From Paracoccaceae bacterium (lineage in GTDB: Bacteria; Pseudomonadota; Alphaproteobacteria; Rhodobacterales; Rhodobacteraceae), in assembly GCA_902632125.1 (NCBI GenBank), contig CACPBQ010000008.1:24-64023 (forward strand): a stretch of DNA of 64,000 nt. Direction: 5' to 3'. Position 1 is the stretch's first letter. Each line of letters opens with the position of its first letter. Under the pieces are notes generated by a model that made no database searches, had not been told where the DNA came from, and was given only the letters and a program-made list of their open reading frames with translations. Both the position numbers and the translations under genes were made by a program. Below are positions 61,318 through 64,000 of this stretch, one piece after another.

Positions 61318-62156
61318 TGCCTAAGGCTCCTTGCAAATTCAGCTGCCTCTTTTATTTTTTCTATATCAACACCAGTACGCAAGCTCTTACTTTCTAAAAA
61401 TTCAATAACTGCTTCTGTTGAAACATTCCCTTTTGCTCCAGGAGCATAAGGACAGCCACCCAAGCCAGCAATCGAAGAGTCAAAAGTTGAAATCCCAAAA
61501 TCTAACGAAATGTTGATATTTTCAATAGCTCTGCCTTTTGTGTCGTGGAAATGAAGTGCTAAATCTTTCATCTTGAAAGCAGACGAAAGTGCAGACAATA
61601 ATTTTTGGGTAGTCTCGGGGGTGGCTGACCCTAAAGTATCTCCCAAAGATATTTCATAACACCCCATATCAAGTAACTCTTCGCCAACTTTGATTACTTG
61701 ATCAGGATTTGTTGGACCGTCATAGGGACAATCAGTTATGCAAGAAATATATCCTCTTGCTGGCATTGGTGCAGCTCTCACAATCGGTCTAAATGTCTCC
61801 AAACTCTCACTTATGCTTTTATTTATATTTGCTTTTGAAAATCCCTCTGAAGCAGATCCAAAAACTGCTATTTCATCAGCTTTAGCTTTAATGGCGCGCT
61901 CTAATCCTTTCTGATTAGGTGTTAATGCTGAGAAAGATACACCAGGTTTTCTCCTGATACCTGCCATAACCTCTTCGCCATCAGCCATCTGTGGAACCCA
62001 TTTCGAACTCACAAAACTAGCTGTTTCTATTTTACGTATTCCACTAGATGATAAAAGATTAACAAGTTTTATCTTCTGTGGAGTGCTAATAAAATTACTT
62101 TCGTTCTGTAGGCCATCTCTTGGTCCCATCTCAAAAATAGTAACATCTAATTCCAT
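61314..62156 (-). CDS. hmgL: Hydroxymethylglutaryl-CoA lyase
   Basis: GPRDGLQNE, SLGDT, HFHDT and GLGGCPYAPGAKGN. Confidence 0.94.
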   Translation of the reverse strand: MELDVTIFEMGPRDGLQNESNFISTPQKIKLVNLLSSSGIRKIETASFVSSKWVPQMADGEEVMAGIRRKPGVSFSALTPNQKGLERAIKAKADEIAVFGSASEGFSKANINKSISESLETFRPIVRAAPMPARGYISCITDCPYDGPTNPDQVIKVGEELLDMGCYEISLGDTLGSATPETTQKLLSALSSAFKMKDLALHFHDTKGRAIENINISLDFGISTFDSSIAGLGGCPYAPGAKGNVSTEAVIEFLESKSLRTGVDIEKIKEAAEFARSLRQ

Positions 62157-62287
62157 TGCGCATATCCCTGCGGCACACTAACAAGAGCCAAACGATAATC
62201 AAGAAAACAGTACAATAAAAGCAAAATGTTTTCCTTGCTGTCTCGTCATAACAATGCTTTGACTAGAATATAAATCGGAGTGCGTTT

Positions 62288-63556
62288 GTGGATTATTTTT
62301 CACCAAAATTATTAGCCGAAATTAGGGACAAATTTGCATTTGTTGAGGCGTGCCCTTTTGTCGGAAAGCGTATTTTTTTTGAGAATGCCGGTGGAGCCTT
62401 AACTTTAAAATCAGTTGTAGAAACTTCTGCTAAATTTGCGGCAATCCCAGACAACCAAGGACGAGAAAATTTAGCAAGCAGGACACTAATGGATATTATC
62501 CAAAAAGCTAAATTGGATGCCGCCAGCCTCTTTGGAACTACAAAAGGCCAATTTTTTGTGGGTGAAAGTGGAACAGAATTATTGTTCCGGCTTGTAAGAA
62601 ATGCAGCAATATCCGCTGAACAAGGTGGAAATATCGTAGGAAGTAGTTTTGAGCATCCTGCAACAAGAAGTGCCGCAAAATATTGGGCTTTGCAAACAAA
62701 CCGAGAATATATCAATGTTCAACATGACAATCACAGTGGACATGTAACAGCAGAACTTTATTCAAAAATAGTAAACCCAGATACTCGCGTAGTAACCATT
62801 TTACATTCTTCTCCTGTTACAGGTATTAGCATTGATTTGGAAGCAATAAGCAAAGCGGTTCATACAATATCCCCAAAAGCTTTTGTAATTGTCGATGGTG
62901 TACAATATGCAGCCCACGGAGGAATAAATATAGATCATTATAAAATCGATGGTTATGCTATATCGCCTTATAAGATGTATTCTCGCCATGGATATGGTTT
63001 TGCTTGGGTTTCTAACCGATTAACTCAGATGAGCCATGAACAGCTTCTTGATGGACCTAGTGAAAACTGGGAATTAGGAACTAGAGATACTGGTGCCTAT
63101 GCTACAATATCTGATGTAGTAAAATATTTAGAATGGCTTGGCGGAAAAATCAAAAATTCAGAACGCCGTTCTGTTAAACTGGCGAACGCCGCGAAAGCCA
63201 TTGCAGCTCAGGAAATAGCATTAACCGAGTTAATGATAAACGGAGAAAATAATATAAAAGGTCTCAAAGACCTTAAAGGTATTGAAATCATTGGGGGTCA
63301 AAAAAATCCAAACCGCAAAGGGTTAGTGGGCTTTAGGATTAATGGAGTCTCATCCCATTCGATAGTTGATTTTCTGAATGGAAAAGGCATTAGAACCCAT
63401 GTGAGAAAAGCGGATCACTATTCAGGCAATATCTTGCACCCTCTCGGTTGGAAAGATTGCGTCAGGGTTTCCGTATGCCATTACAACAGTGCTGAAGAAA
63501 TTAAGTCTCTTTTGCTTGCACTAAACGAATTTCAAATGGATTTGCTAACTAATTAA
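62288..63556 (+). CDS. Class V PLP-dependent enzyme, cysteine desulfurase-like but lacking the SufS active-site Cys
   Basis: FENAGG, EHPA, VDGVQY, SPYK (PLP Lys), ELGT and VRVSVCHYN; RKADHYS where SufS has RxGHHCA. Confidence 0.8.
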   Translation: MDYFSPKLLAEIRDKFAFVEACPFVGKRIFFENAGGALTLKSVVETSAKFAAIPDNQGRENLASRTLMDIIQKAKLDAASLFGTTKGQFFVGESGTELLFRLVRNAAISAEQGGNIVGSSFEHPATRSAAKYWALQTNREYINVQHDNHSGHVTAELYSKIVNPDTRVVTILHSSPVTGISIDLEAISKAVHTISPKAFVIVDGVQYAAHGGINIDHYKIDGYAISPYKMYSRHGYGFAWVSNRLTQMSHEQLLDGPSENWELGTRDTGAYATISDVVKYLEWLGGKIKNSERRSVKLANAAKAIAAQEIALTELMINGENNIKGLKDLKGIEIIGGQKNPNRKGLVGFRINGVSSHSIVDFLNGKGIRTHVRKADHYSGNILHPLGWKDCVRVSVCHYNSAEEIKSLLLALNEFQMDLLTN

Positions 63557-63999
63557 GTCAATTCAAATTGCCCCCATTTTTCTCTGAGTTTACTTAAAAT
63601 TTGATCTCGGGTTTGCCTGTAAGAAACTAACTTCATCTCTCTAGTTTCGCCGATACCAGTAGGGTCAAGAATCGGCCAGTATTCAACTGTTAAATGGAAT
63701 AAGCGAGTTAGTTCCAATGCCCTCCTTTGTGAAGCTGGCGAAAGCGCTACAATTAGATCGAAAGATGATAAATCATCTCCCCACCGCTCCATTTCATCAA
63801 AACTCCTTGATCGATGTCTGGACAATTCAACACCGATCTCGTCACAAACAGCTATCGAAAAACCATCTATTTCAAGGTCATTTATCACCCCCACTGATTG
63901 GACATAGGTACCAGTTCCATACAGTTTTTTCATAATACCTTCAGCCATAGGAGATCTGACCGCATTATGATCACAGCAAAATAATATTGACTGTGGGAG
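63553..63999 (-). CDS. Low-molecular-weight phosphatase/ArsC family protein (5'-partial; continues beyond the window)
   Basis: Frame extends upstream of the listed ORF: LPQSILFCCDHNAVRSPMAEG (CX5R P-loop); also WPILDP. Confidence 0.88.
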   Translation of the reverse strand, partial: LPQSILFCCDHNAVRSPMAEGIMKKLYGTGTYVQSVGVINDLEIDGFSIAVCDEIGVELSRHRSRSFDEMERWGDDLSSFDLIVALSPASQRRALELTRLFHLTVEYWPILDPTGIGETREMKLVSYRQTRDQILSKLREKWGQFELT

Positions 64000-64000
64000 C

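Overview
This is a gene-dense, AT-rich chromosomal segment from an alphaproteobacterium. Gene content, gene order and regulatory motifs point to Rhodobacteraceae, probably a streamlined pelagic Roseobacter-group lineage (inference). About 62 CDSs are present, mostly housekeeping: suhB, rpmB, meaB, hrpB, truA, argD-argF, apt, tdk, proC, lgt, trxB, purE-purK, groES-groEL, dcp, dut, coaBC, rpoH2, gshB, rsmI, glnD, murJ, trpS, tsaB, a BMP-type nucleoside ABC transporter and a leucine-catabolism pair (HMG-CoA lyase plus hydratase). The highlight is 49.3-60.5 kb. It holds a compact sulfoquinovose monooxygenase (sulfo-SMO) module: an NAD+-dependent GH188-type sulfoquinovosidase, a GntR regulator, SmoC monooxygenase, SmoB aldo-keto reductase and SmoA flavin reductase. 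The module has no SmoF-type transporter or GH31 enzyme of its own and is directly followed, on the same strand as smoCBA, by an AglE/GgtB-type alpha-glucoside ABC transporter and a GH13 alpha-glucosidase. Regulatory sites readable in the DNA are a CIRCE before groESL, a sigmaE (RpoE) promoter before rpoH2, a perfect Irr ICE box before an NfuA/NifU gene, twin LacI-type operators before aglE and a candidate NrdR box before ybjN-proC-csaA. I saw no rRNA, tRNA, CRISPR, prophage or IS elements. All homology calls come from motif recognition by eye; no database searches were run.
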